From assembly GCA_017409345.1 (NCBI GenBank), contig JAFQSX010000008.1, positions 6,982-70,981 of the forward strand: DNA of 64,000 nt, read 5' to 3'. Under the pieces are notes generated by a model. It did no database searches. It was given only the letters and a program-made list of their open reading frames with translations, and was not told the DNA's origin. A program made the translations under genes and the position numbers. Positions 28,438 through 38,255 of the stretch are shown one piece after another (within the stretch, counting starts at the first letter, position 1; every line of letters starts with the position of its first letter). Source of the DNA: Muribaculaceae bacterium (GTDB taxonomy: Bacteria; Bacteroidota; Bacteroidia; Bacteroidales; Muribaculaceae).

Positions 28438-29781
28438 ATGACCAGAAGTATAACACTAAAAAAAGGTCTTGACATTAACATTATAGGAGAAATATTATCA
28501 CCTAGTCCACTAAATAATGCCTTGATTAAAACCATTGCAATAGTTCCCGATGATTTCCCCGGAATTACACCCAAAGCTGTCGTTTCTATTGGAGATAAAG
28601 TCAAAATTGGGACGGCTATAATCATTGATAAAAATGACCCAAATATCAAACTCACCTCTCCCTCTGCTGGAATAGTAAGAGAAATCGTACGTGGTGAGCG
28701 TCGCAAAATAATTAAAATTATCATTGATTGCACTGACGACGAGTTTGAGCAGTTTGACACTTCTTTAATCAATAATCCTGATGCATCCCGACTATTATTA
28801 CAACAATCGGGGTTATGGGCTCATCTTCGTCAACGGCCTTATGACATCGTTCCTGCATCAACATCATTTCCTCGTGACATATTTATCACTGCATTTGACT
28901 CCGCACCGTTAGCCCCAAATTATGACTTCATCATTGAGCGTAATTACAACACTAATGAGATTATCGCCGGAGTACAACTTTTAAAATCCCTAACTTCAGG
29001 CAATATATATATTTCAACTCGAAAAGATTCCTCAATCAAAAACATTGAGGGGGCTACAATAATAAATATTGAAGGTCCACATCCAGCCGGCAATGTAGGG
29101 ATACAAGTTGCAAATATTTCGCCTATCAACAAGGGAGAAAATGTGTGGACTCTCAACATTATAACATTATGCAAAATAGGTCATCTAGCCTTAACCGGGC
29201 ACATTGATCCTACTACAATTATTGCAATCACCGGGTCTGAAATAAAGAACCCACAATATATTAAAGCCATTGAAGGTGCAAACATTGAAGATTTATTAAT
29301 TGACAACCTAAAAACTCTCAATAACATTAGATTAATATCAGGCAATATTCTTACCGGACATGCTATAACTATTAATGACCACCTTCGTTTTCCATATCTT
29401 CACATTACGGCTATTCCCGAAGGAGATAAAACCGATGAGTTTATGGGATGGGCTTCACTATCACCCAACAAGATGAGTGTTAGCCGATCATTTATAGGGC
29501 ACTTCCTTAAGAAAAAATTCCGTCCCGATGCTCGAATCTTAGGTAGTCGCCGAGCAATGATTATGTCGGGAGAATACGACAAGGTATTGCCTATGGATAT
29601 ATATGCAGAATATCTACTTAAAGCGATAATATCTCGCAATATAGACCAAATGGAAGCACTCGGCATATACGAAGTTGCACCCGAAGATTTCGCTTTGTGT
29701 GAATATGTTGATACATCAAAAATTGAAATACAAAAAATAGTGCGCGAAGGTCTTGATTATCTTCGTCACGAAATAGAATAA
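28438..29781 (+). CDS. nqrA: Na+-translocating NADH:quinone reductase subunit A
   Basis: 447 aa, the first gene of a six-gene nqr cluster. The N-terminus ITLKKGLDINIIGE is typical of NqrA. Confidence 0.9.
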   Translation: MTRSITLKKGLDINIIGEILSPSPLNNALIKTIAIVPDDFPGITPKAVVSIGDKVKIGTAIIIDKNDPNIKLTSPSAGIVREIVRGERRKIIKIIIDCTDDEFEQFDTSLINNPDASRLLLQQSGLWAHLRQRPYDIVPASTSFPRDIFITAFDSAPLAPNYDFIIERNYNTNEIIAGVQLLKSLTSGNIYISTRKDSSIKNIEGATIINIEGPHPAGNVGIQVANISPINKGENVWTLNIITLCKIGHLALTGHIDPTTIIAITGSEIKNPQYIKAIEGANIEDLLIDNLKTLNNIRLISGNILTGHAITINDHLRFPYLHITAIPEGDKTDEFMGWASLSPNKMSVSRSFIGHFLKKKFRPDARILGSRRAMIMSGEYDKVLPMDIYAEYLLKAIISRNIDQMEALGIYEVAPEDFALCEYVDTSKIEIQKIVREGLDYLRHEIE

Positions 29782-29806
29782 TACATTCTCCTTAAATTGA
29801 AATATT

Positions 29807-31012
29807 TTGAAAGCATTAAGAAAATATTTAGATCGCATTAAACCAGCCTTTGAGCCGGGAGGCAAATTACATGCATTTCATTCGGTTTTTGATGGGGTTG
29901 AGTCTTTTTTATTTACCCCAAATACAACTTCCAGATCAGGCGTCCACATTCACGACAGCATAGATTCTAAGCGCTCAATGATTATCGTTGTTATTGCACT
30001 CATTCCTTGCCTATTATTTGGCATGTACAATACTGGTTATCAGCATTGGCTGGCTTGTGAGGCTACTGAATTCCCATTTTGGGAATTATTTGGATATGGA
30101 TTTCTTGCTATATTGCCAACATTAGTTACTACCTATGCCGTTGGGCTTGGTATTGAATTTATTGTAGCACAATGGCGAGGCGAAGAGATACAAGAAGGGT
30201 TCTTGGTTTCAGGAATGTTAATCCCTTTAATTTGTCCCATTGAAACACCCGTGTGGATGATTGCAATAGCCACGGCTTTTGCAGTAATATTCGCCAAGGA
30301 AGTATTTGGCGGAACCGGTTACAATATTTTCAATGTAGCCCTTGTCACTCGTGCTTTCTTATTTTTTGCTTACCCGGCACAAATGTCGGGAGACAATGTA
30401 TTTATTTCAACCGAACAGATATGTGGACTTGGAGGCATAGTTGCAGATGGTTTTACCGGAGCCACTCCTCTTGGCCAAATTGCTAGTGCAACATCTAGCG
30501 ACATAACCACTCTCGGAGTTAACGGAGTCGCAATCTCTTCATGGGATGCATTTTTAGGTCTTATCCCGGGTTCATTTGGAGAAACTTCAACCTTATGTAT
30601 TCTCATAGGTGGTGCAATCCTTTTATTTACCGGCATTGCTAGTTGGAGAATAATATTTTCAGTATTTGCAGGAGGCGCAATAATGGCATGGATTGCAAAT
30701 TTATTTGCAACGTCCTCCTACCCCGCCTCAATGCTTTCACCTATTGAACAATTACTATATGGAGGATTTGCTTTTGCTGCAGTATTTATGGCTACCGATC
30801 CGGTGACCGGTGCTCGCACAAATATTGGTAAATATATCTATGGTTTCCTTATTGGCGTGTTTGCTATACTCATTCGCACCTACAACACAGGATATCCAGA
30901 GGGAGCAATGCTCGCAGTCCTTTTAATGAATGCATTTGCTCCTCTTATTGACTATTTTGTCGTTCAAGCAAATATCCGTCGTCGTATGCGTCGTTTAACG
31001 TCTAAATCTTGA
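29807..31012 (+). CDS. nqrB: NADH:quinone reductase subunit B (TTG start)
   Basis: 401-aa polytopic protein with the FMATDPVTG FMN-attachment motif. The conserved N-terminus MKALRKYLDRIKP begins at a TTG. Confidence 0.9.
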   Translation: MKALRKYLDRIKPAFEPGGKLHAFHSVFDGVESFLFTPNTTSRSGVHIHDSIDSKRSMIIVVIALIPCLLFGMYNTGYQHWLACEATEFPFWELFGYGFLAILPTLVTTYAVGLGIEFIVAQWRGEEIQEGFLVSGMLIPLICPIETPVWMIAIATAFAVIFAKEVFGGTGYNIFNVALVTRAFLFFAYPAQMSGDNVFISTEQICGLGGIVADGFTGATPLGQIASATSSDITTLGVNGVAISSWDAFLGLIPGSFGETSTLCILIGGAILLFTGIASWRIIFSVFAGGAIMAWIANLFATSSYPASMLSPIEQLLYGGFAFAAVFMATDPVTGARTNIGKYIYGFLIGVFAILIRTYNTGYPEGAMLAVLLMNAFAPLIDYFVVQANIRRRMRRLTSKS

Positions 31013-31019
31013 TTATGTC

Positions 31020-31727
31020 ATGAATAAGCAAAGTAACACATATACCATAATTTACATTAGTGTGCTCGTCATCATCATGGGTGCAGCACTTGCGTTTGCG
31101 GCGATGTCTCTTAAAGATAAGCAACAAGAAAACGCCGATGCAGATAAAATGAAACAAATACTTGCATCGGTTCATGTAATAGCACAAGACGGAGATATAA
31201 AATCAACATTCAATAAGTATATCGTCAAGGAGATGGAAATCAATTCCAACGGAGAAATCATTGCAAATGACGCATTTTACATTGACATAGCAAAAGAGAG
31301 CAAAGAAAGCGATTACTCAATTCGTCGCCTTCCCATATATGTGTGTCAACTCAACAAGAATGAGATTAAATACATCTTACCGGTATATGGTGCCGGATTA
31401 TGGGGCCCAATATGGGGCTACATCGCAATAAATGACGACGGTTCTACAATCTATGGTGCCTATTTTGCTCATCAAGGTGAAACTCCCGGTCTTGGGGCTG
31501 AAATTGACAAACCTCTATTTTGCAATCAATTCAAAAATAAATCTTTAATAAAAGAAAACGAATTTCGTCCAATTTCCGTAATTAAAAAAGGTCAAAAACC
31601 TATTAATGGAGAGGACTATGTTGATGGCATTTCAGGTGGCACTATTACCAGCAAAGGTGTTAGCGATATGCTTAACGACTGTTTAATGCCATATAAAGCA
31701 TTTTTAGAAAATCTTAAAAACAAATAA
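31020..31727 (+). CDS. nqrC: NADH:quinone reductase subunit C
   Basis: 235 aa with one TM segment, GLGAEI and the ISGGTITS FMN-threonine motif. Confidence 0.9.
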   Translation: MNKQSNTYTIIYISVLVIIMGAALAFAAMSLKDKQQENADADKMKQILASVHVIAQDGDIKSTFNKYIVKEMEINSNGEIIANDAFYIDIAKESKESDYSIRRLPIYVCQLNKNEIKYILPVYGAGLWGPIWGYIAINDDGSTIYGAYFAHQGETPGLGAEIDKPLFCNQFKNKSLIKENEFRPISVIKKGQKPINGEDYVDGISGGTITSKGVSDMLNDCLMPYKAFLENLKNK

Positions 31728-31729
31728 TT

Positions 31730-32356
31730 ATGTCAGATAAAGTAGATTTAAAAAAAATATTTTTTAATCCTTTTTCAAAAGACAATCCGGTAATAGTGCA
31801 AGTCCTTGGCATCTGTTCTTGTCTTGCCGTTACCGCCAAACTGGAGCCGGCTATAGTTATGGGTATATCCGTGATTGCCGTATTGGCATTTTCCAATGTT
31901 ATCATCTCATTAATTCGCAATACGATACCTACTAATATCCGCATCATTGTGCAACTTGTAGTCGTTGCCGGATTAGTAGTAATTGTTGACCAATTATTAA
32001 AAGCATATGCTTATGATGTCAGTAAACAGTTGTCGGTTTTTATCGGATTAATTATAACCAACTGCATCTTAATGGGACGGCTTGAAGCCTTTGCCATGAG
32101 TAACAAACCATGGCCTTCTTTTCTTGATGGTGTGGGCAATGGCATAGGCTATACAATCATCCTTGTGATTGTAGCATTTTTCCGTGAATTATTGGGAAGT
32201 GGCACCCTTCTCGGTATTCAAATTATACCTCAAGCATTTTACGATGCCGGATATGTCAACAACGGATTAATGATTTTGCCTCCTATGGCCCTCATTGTTG
32301 TGGCATGCATTATATGGATTCATCGCATTTATAACAAAGACTTACAAGAAGATTAA
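31730..32356 (+). CDS. nqrD: NADH:quinone reductase subunit D
   Basis: 208 aa with the LGICSCLAVT motif. Confidence 0.9.
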   Translation: MSDKVDLKKIFFNPFSKDNPVIVQVLGICSCLAVTAKLEPAIVMGISVIAVLAFSNVIISLIRNTIPTNIRIIVQLVVVAGLVVIVDQLLKAYAYDVSKQLSVFIGLIITNCILMGRLEAFAMSNKPWPSFLDGVGNGIGYTIILVIVAFFRELLGSGTLLGIQIIPQAFYDAGYVNNGLMILPPMALIVVACIIWIHRIYNKDLQED

Positions 32357-32375
32357 TATCATATACATTAGAGTT

Positions 32376-32993
32376 ATGGACGAGATTAACCTATTTATTC
32401 GCTCAATTTTTATTGACAATATGATATTTGCATACTTCCTTGGTATGTGTTCATTTTTGGCCGTATCCAAAAATGTAAAAACTGCCTTTGGGCTTGGAAT
32501 CGCTGTTACTTTTATGCTAGTAATCAGCCTTCCTGTTAATTATCTATTAGAAACATATGTTCTAAAACAAGGAGCCCTTACATGGCTAGGTGATGAATAC
32601 TCTTCGATTGATTTAAGTTTCTTATCTCTAATAATGTTTATTGCCGTGATTGCATCCATGACTCAATTAGTAGAAATGGTTGTAGAAAAATATGCTCCAG
32701 CCCTATATTCTCAACTTGGCATTTTCTTACCACTAATTGCTGTTAATTGTGCAATTCTTGGGGGATCATTATTTATGCAACAACGGAATTTTGATAGTGC
32801 TATAACTGCTACTTGTGCTGGAGCCGGATGGGGCATTGGATGGCTTCTTGCAATCGTTGCCATCGCAGCAATTCGCGAACGATTAGATGCCTATTCTAAC
32901 ATTCCCAAACCTCTGCGAGGCATAGGTATCACATTCATCATTACTGCTCTTATGGGCATTGCTTTTATGAGTTTCCTCGGCATCAAAATCTAA
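32376..32993 (+). CDS. nqrE: NADH:quinone reductase subunit E
   Basis: The internal ATG at 32376 (MDEINLFIRSIFIDNMIFAYFLGMCSFLAVS) is preferred. The track start at 32295 overlaps nqrD. Confidence 0.88.
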   Translation: MDEINLFIRSIFIDNMIFAYFLGMCSFLAVSKNVKTAFGLGIAVTFMLVISLPVNYLLETYVLKQGALTWLGDEYSSIDLSFLSLIMFIAVIASMTQLVEMVVEKYAPALYSQLGIFLPLIAVNCAILGGSLFMQQRNFDSAITATCAGAGWGIGWLLAIVAIAAIRERLDAYSNIPKPLRGIGITFIITALMGIAFMSFLGIKI

Positions 32994-32999
32994 ATTGTC

Positions 33000-34301
33000 A
33001 TGACTACTAATTATATAATTCTGCAAAATATTGCAAATCTCACTATTATAGTTGGGGTTTCAATCTTTTTAATTATCACCCTACTTCTTGTCATCATCTT
33101 ATTGACTGCAAAAAAGCACCTCGTCAATACCGGAAAAATTAGCATTACAATAAACGATGACTCTAAGATTGAAACCAATTCAGGCAAATCATTACTATCA
33201 ACCCTCGCTGATGAAAACATATATCTACCTTCGGCTTGTGGAGGAAAAGGAAGTTGCGCTCAATGCAAAGTTCAAGTAACTGAAGGTGGTGGAGATATTT
33301 TACCTACCGAACAAGTACATTTCTCTCGTCGCGAACAAAAAGAACATTGGCGATTGGGATGCCAAGTAAAGGTCAAAGATAATATTAAGATATCGGTTCC
33401 CACATCGGTACTCAATGTCAAAGAATGGGAATGCGAAGTTATATCAAACAAAAATGTAGCAACATTCATAAAAGAATTCATCGTAGCACTCCCTCCCGGA
33501 GAGCACATGGACTTCATTCCAGGCTCTTATGCACAAATAAAAATCCCCACCTATGAGATGGATTATGACAAAGATATTGACAAGTCTCTCATTGGTGAAG
33601 AATACCTACCGGCATGGGAAAACTTCGGTTTATTTGGTCTAAAATGTCGCAATACCGACGAGACCGTTAGAGCCTATTCAATGGCAAACTATCCGGCTGA
33701 AGGAGATCGCATAATGCTCACTGTGCGCATTGCAACTCCTCCATTCAAACCCAAACCAGCCGTAGGGTTCATGGATGTAATGCCCGGCATTGCCTCTTCG
33801 TATATATTTTCTCTTAAACCCGGCGACAAAGTTCTCATGAGTGGTCCTTATGGTGACTTCCACCCTATTTTCGATTCTAAAGCCGAAATGATGTGGATAG
33901 GTGGTGGAGCAGGAATGGCTCCTTTACGCGCTCAAATCATGCACATGACAAAAACGCTAAATACGACCGACCGAGAAATGCATTATTTTTATGGTGCTCG
34001 TGCTCTAAATGAAGTATTCTACCTTGAAGACTTTTTAGAAATTGAAAAAGAGTTTCCTAATTTCCATTTCCACCTTGCCCTAGATCGCCCCGATCCTATT
34101 GCTGATGCTAAAGGGGTAAAATATACTCCAGGATTTGTGCATCAAGTCATTTATGACACTTATCTAAAAAATCACGACACTCCTGAAGATATAGAATACT
34201 ACATGTGTGGTCCCGGTCCAATGAGCAAAGCAGTGATAAGCATGCTTGATAGTCTTGGGGTCAACCCCTCTTCTATACACTACGATGACTTCGGAGGTTA
34301 A
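33000..34301 (+). CDS. nqrF: NADH:quinone reductase subunit F
   Basis: 433 aa with an N-terminal TM segment, a 2Fe-2S motif (CGGKGSCAQC), the RAYSMANY FAD motif and an NAD-binding domain. Confidence 0.93.
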   Translation: MTTNYIILQNIANLTIIVGVSIFLIITLLLVIILLTAKKHLVNTGKISITINDDSKIETNSGKSLLSTLADENIYLPSACGGKGSCAQCKVQVTEGGGDILPTEQVHFSRREQKEHWRLGCQVKVKDNIKISVPTSVLNVKEWECEVISNKNVATFIKEFIVALPPGEHMDFIPGSYAQIKIPTYEMDYDKDIDKSLIGEEYLPAWENFGLFGLKCRNTDETVRAYSMANYPAEGDRIMLTVRIATPPFKPKPAVGFMDVMPGIASSYIFSLKPGDKVLMSGPYGDFHPIFDSKAEMMWIGGGAGMAPLRAQIMHMTKTLNTTDREMHYFYGARALNEVFYLEDFLEIEKEFPNFHFHLALDRPDPIADAKGVKYTPGFVHQVIYDTYLKNHDTPEDIEYYMCGPGPMSKAVISMLDSLGVNPSSIHYDDFGG

Positions 34302-34323
34302 AACTATTTATAACATAAAAATC

Positions 34324-34362
34324 AACGAGAGGAGTCGGCGACAAAGTCTTCTCTCGTTTTAT
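34324..34362 (+). terminator. terminator after nqrF
   Basis: aacgagag / ctctcgtt form the stem, followed by tttt. Confidence 0.55.
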
Positions 34363-34379
34363 ATTATGAGGCTTTTTTG

Positions 34380-34387
34380 TATCTTTG
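34380..34387 (+). promoter_or_regulatory. -7 promoter motif TATCTTTG
   Basis: TAnnTTTG 24 nt upstream of the 34411 start. Confidence 0.45.
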
Positions 34388-34410
34388 TAGCCTAATTAAT
34401 TCAATATTAT

Positions 34411-35181
34411 ATGGCATTTGGTAAATGGATAGGTGGCGCAATAGGTTGGATGGCCGGTGGTCCGCTTGGCGCATTAGCAGGATTTGCTCTTGGCTCCCTT
34501 CTTGATGGTAGCATCAGTGTAAGTAAAAGCACACAAATTGAGAATTACGATACACCTAACGGGCAACGCAATAGTTTCTTATTCTCTATGCTTGTTTTGG
34601 CTTCATATATTATTAAGGCCGATGGCAAAATAATGCATAGTGAAATGGAGTTTGTGCGTCAGTTTCTTCGTGCAAACTTTGGAGAAGTAGCAATGAATGA
34701 AGGGAATCAAATATTACTAAATCTATTTGAACAACGCAAACAAATGGACTCGGTAAATCCTTCGGCATTCAAAAAGACAATATATGATTGTGGGCAACAA
34801 ATCGCGGCAAACCTAACATACGAAGAAAGGCTACAACTTTTGCGTTTTCTCGCTATGATAGCCCAAAGTGATGGTAATGTCCATATTAAAGAAATTGAAG
34901 CATTAAAAGAGGTGGCTACTGCAATGGGGCTATCAACGAGCGAAGTTGATTCAATGCTCAACCTTGGCCACAACACTCTTGACGCAGCATATAAAGTTCT
35001 AGAGATTGAACCTTCGGCAACTGACGAAGAGGTAAAAATTGCTTATCGCAAATTAGCCTTGAAGCATCATCCTGACCGTGTCGCATCACTTGGCGAGGAC
35101 ATACACAAAGCAGCCGAAGAAAAATTCCGTCAAATCAACGAAGCGAAAGACAAAATTTACAAAGCACGTGGATTGAGTTAA
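34411..35181 (+). CDS. TerB-like / J-domain co-chaperone (DjlA-like)
   Basis: 256 aa with a Gly-rich N-terminal membrane segment, a central TerB-like helical domain and a C-terminal J-domain ([30 protein letters not shown]). Confidence 0.8.
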   Translation: MAFGKWIGGAIGWMAGGPLGALAGFALGSLLDGSISVSKSTQIENYDTPNGQRNSFLFSMLVLASYIIKADGKIMHSEMEFVRQFLRANFGEVAMNEGNQILLNLFEQRKQMDSVNPSAFKKTIYDCGQQIAANLTYEERLQLLRFLAMIAQSDGNVHIKEIEALKEVATAMGLSTSEVDSMLNLGHNTLDAAYKVLEIEPSATDEEVKIAYRKLALKHHPDRVASLGEDIHKAAEEKFRQINEAKDKIYKARGLS

Positions 35182-35237
35182 CATTTTCACAAGTATAATA
35201 AAAAAATCGCCCTCTTTCAAGAGCGATTTTTGTTCCT

Positions 35238-36734
35238 TTATTTCACTTCTATTGTAAATGGTTTCTTGGAGAAGTTTTCAAGAATTTCTATTTGTAATCC
35301 ACCTTTTTCATTAAATTTAAAGTCTAACTTTAATGATGTAATCCAGTTGGTATAATGAATTTTAGCCGTAAGAGTGTTGTCATTATTCCACGCATAGCAA
35401 GCCCCGGTATAAAATGGTCCGGTTATACCTGTAAATCGTCCTTTTGCGCTAATTGAATAATGAGGACAACCTGCTAGTTGCGAATCCAACCATTCACCAT
35501 ATCCCATTGCAATTGCCGACATTTTCCCTTCGGCATCTACCACATCAAGAGTAAACTTATTCTTTTCAAAATTAAACTTTATAGATTTCCACCCTAATTT
35601 ATTTTTAGGCAGTTTAAATTCTTTACCATTATATTTTTTAGCCAAAATATTATCAGCATTTCCCTTTAACAACGGCAATGAGGCTTTTGCAACATAGTTT
35701 TGCAATGAGTCTAATTCATCAGGATCAGCCTCAATAGTGCATCCCTTTACATTTTTCACAACCGTGTTCCATATATTACCTCTTTCAGGCCAACCTTTGC
35801 TTCGTGAGCATTGATTTAGCACAACTACCATATTTTTTTGAGGGACAATGATTATATATTGACCAAAAGCGCCATCGGCTCTCCATGCTCCCGGGTATTC
35901 ACAAAGCCAAATTTGATAACCATAATCATTGGCCTTGCGTACCACTCTCACAGTCATCATTTCGTCAATCCATTTTGCCGACACAAGTTGACGACCATTC
36001 CACGCCCCTTTTTTAAGCAATAATTGACCAAACATTGCTTGAGCCTCGGCGGTCATATATATACCCCATCCAGCCGTAACGATACCGTTTGGACACTTTT
36101 CCCATTCTACATCATCAATGCCCATTGGATGGAAAACTCGCTCATTTAGCAATGTTAGAATATCTTTTCCCATTACTTGTTGAACGACTGCAGAGAGCAA
36201 ATAAGTTTCAATTGAGTCATAAGAATATCTTGTTCCGGGTTTTGCAACAAGAGGACGAGAAAGATAATAGTTTACCCAATCTGTTTGCGAATTGCGCATT
36301 CCACCTTCGGTTTTGAAACCCGATTGCATCGTAAGCACATCTTTAATTTTTATCCCTTTAATTGTTTTTTCGTATTCAGGGAAAAACTTAACCAATTCAT
36401 CTTCCACACTCAACAATCCATCTTCAACAGCAAGCCCAACTGCTACTGCTGCAAATGTTTTTGACACTGAATATAGAGTGTGACGATGCTCGGCTTTAAA
36501 TGGTGACGGATGTATCTCACCGGCAACCTTACCATCTACTACAACCATTAAATGGTGTAATTCTGTAAGATCGCTCGTAAGCAATGAATCATAAAGCAAC
36601 GTTAATTGTTTGGGTTCTATACCAACTGTCGTTGGAGCCACTCGTGGCAATCGATATGCAGCAGAGGCACAAACACTTATCAATAAAGCGATGGCACATA
36701 CTGCACTTTTCACACTGAAGTTAATCTTTTTCAT
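35238..36734 (-). CDS. serine hydrolase (beta-lactamase / PBP4* family) with a C-terminal extension
   Basis: 498 aa with a signal peptide and the SxxK motif (YSVSKTF). Confidence 0.75.
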   Translation of the reverse strand: MKKINFSVKSAVCAIALLISVCASAAYRLPRVAPTTVGIEPKQLTLLYDSLLTSDLTELHHLMVVVDGKVAGEIHPSPFKAEHRHTLYSVSKTFAAVAVGLAVEDGLLSVEDELVKFFPEYEKTIKGIKIKDVLTMQSGFKTEGGMRNSQTDWVNYYLSRPLVAKPGTRYSYDSIETYLLSAVVQQVMGKDILTLLNERVFHPMGIDDVEWEKCPNGIVTAGWGIYMTAEAQAMFGQLLLKKGAWNGRQLVSAKWIDEMMTVRVVRKANDYGYQIWLCEYPGAWRADGAFGQYIIIVPQKNMVVVLNQCSRSKGWPERGNIWNTVVKNVKGCTIEADPDELDSLQNYVAKASLPLLKGNADNILAKKYNGKEFKLPKNKLGWKSIKFNFEKNKFTLDVVDAEGKMSAIAMGYGEWLDSQLAGCPHYSISAKGRFTGITGPFYTGACYAWNNDNTLTAKIHYTNWITSLKLDFKFNEKGGLQIEILENFSKKPFTIEVK

Positions 36735-36833
36735 GGTAATTATTATTTTATTTCCTATTTTGCAAAGATAATATTTAATTTATTATTGATATCAACGACT
36801 TTAAAAATATTATATCCTTTTACTTTTTATCGC

Positions 36834-38237
36834 TCATTCCCAACATTTTGTTTTATCTGCTATTTGAGGTATTGTAGAGGAATGATATGTAGGGTTATAT
36901 CCTTTTAGCCGTTGATTACGATAATCATCAAGAGCCTTAATAGCATATTTTCCCAACAATAGAATTGCCGCAAGATTGCAAATAGTCATCATTCCCATTG
37001 TAATATCGGCCAATGCCCACACCAGTTCAAGACTTGCCACTGCTCCAATCATAACCATTGCCGCAACTACGACTCGATAGAGATATAATACCCACTTATT
37101 TGAGGTCAAAAATTGAATATTTGTTTCACCATAATAGTAATTTCCCACAATACTTGTAAATGCAAATAAAAAAATTGCGATCGAAACAAAATAAGCACCT
37201 AACGGACCTATCTCGTGAGTCAATGCAACTTGGGTTAATTCAATTCCATTATATTGAGTATAAAACATGCCACTAAATAGAATTATAAATGCCGTACAAG
37301 TACAAATTATAAGGGTATCGGTATATACTGCAAGAGTCTGTACCAATCCTTGTTTTACAGGATGGCTCACAGATGCTGTTGCTGCAACATTGGGTGCCGA
37401 GCCCTCTCCTGCCTCATTACTAAACAATCCTCGTTTTATACCCATCAACATTGCCATGCCGATACCGCCTCCTACCGTAGATTGCAGATTAAAAGCCTCT
37501 GTTACAATCAATTTAAACACCGTTGGGATTTGAGTTATATTCATTGCAATTATTACTAATGCAAGTAATATATATGCAATAGCCATTATAGGGACAACAA
37601 TCTCACTAAAACGAGATATACGTTGAATACTCCCACAGATTATTAACATTGAAAACACTGTCAGCACAATACCGACTACAACCGGAGACCATCCAAAAGA
37701 CACATTTACTGCCGAGGCGATTGTATTTGATTGGACTGAGTTATATGCAAGACCAAATGTAATCGTAATCAATACAGCAAATGTATTGGCCCACAACTTA
37801 TTGCCTATTCCATATTTAATATAGTAGGCAGGTCCTCCCATATAAGATTTCTCGCCCTTTATTTTATATAATTGAGCAAGCGTTGACTCAATAAACGCAT
37901 TTGCAGCACCAAGTAATGCAATAACCCACATCCAGAACACTGCACCGGGGCCACCGATAGCGATAGCAGTAGCCACCCCGGCAAGGTTACCGGTTCCTAC
38001 TCGACTGGCAATTGATACAGCAAATGCCTGAAATGAACTGATGGTATTTTTTTTATCATTCTTATTGTGATGTAGTTTATCCTCTTTTTTTCCTGAATCG
38101 GCCAATTGTTTTATCATTTCGCCAATCATTGTAAATTGGACTCCGCGTGTTTTAATTGTAAAATACAATGCACAAAACAACAAAGCCACAATAAGAATGT
38201 AACTCCAAAAATCATTTATAGTGTTAAGTATTTCCAT
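36834..38237 (-). CDS. alanine/glycine:cation symporter (AGCS family), second copy
   Basis: 467 aa with SSFQAFAVSIASRVGTGNLAGV and GPGAVFWMW. It is a paralogue of 4796..6187. Confidence 0.88.
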   Translation of the reverse strand: MEILNTINDFWSYILIVALLFCALYFTIKTRGVQFTMIGEMIKQLADSGKKEDKLHHNKNDKKNTISSFQAFAVSIASRVGTGNLAGVATAIAIGGPGAVFWMWVIALLGAANAFIESTLAQLYKIKGEKSYMGGPAYYIKYGIGNKLWANTFAVLITITFGLAYNSVQSNTIASAVNVSFGWSPVVVGIVLTVFSMLIICGSIQRISRFSEIVVPIMAIAYILLALVIIAMNITQIPTVFKLIVTEAFNLQSTVGGGIGMAMLMGIKRGLFSNEAGEGSAPNVAATASVSHPVKQGLVQTLAVYTDTLIICTCTAFIILFSGMFYTQYNGIELTQVALTHEIGPLGAYFVSIAIFLFAFTSIVGNYYYGETNIQFLTSNKWVLYLYRVVVAAMVMIGAVASLELVWALADITMGMMTICNLAAILLLGKYAIKALDDYRNQRLKGYNPTYHSSTIPQIADKTKCWE

Positions 38238-38255
38238 TCTATATAATTAGAAATA

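Noticed and set aside
4796-38237. Two AGCS symporter paralogues as a possible recent duplication or transfer.
   Set aside because: The proteins are clearly diverged, sharing only family motifs. They sit in different housekeeping contexts. Multiple AGCS copies are ordinary.
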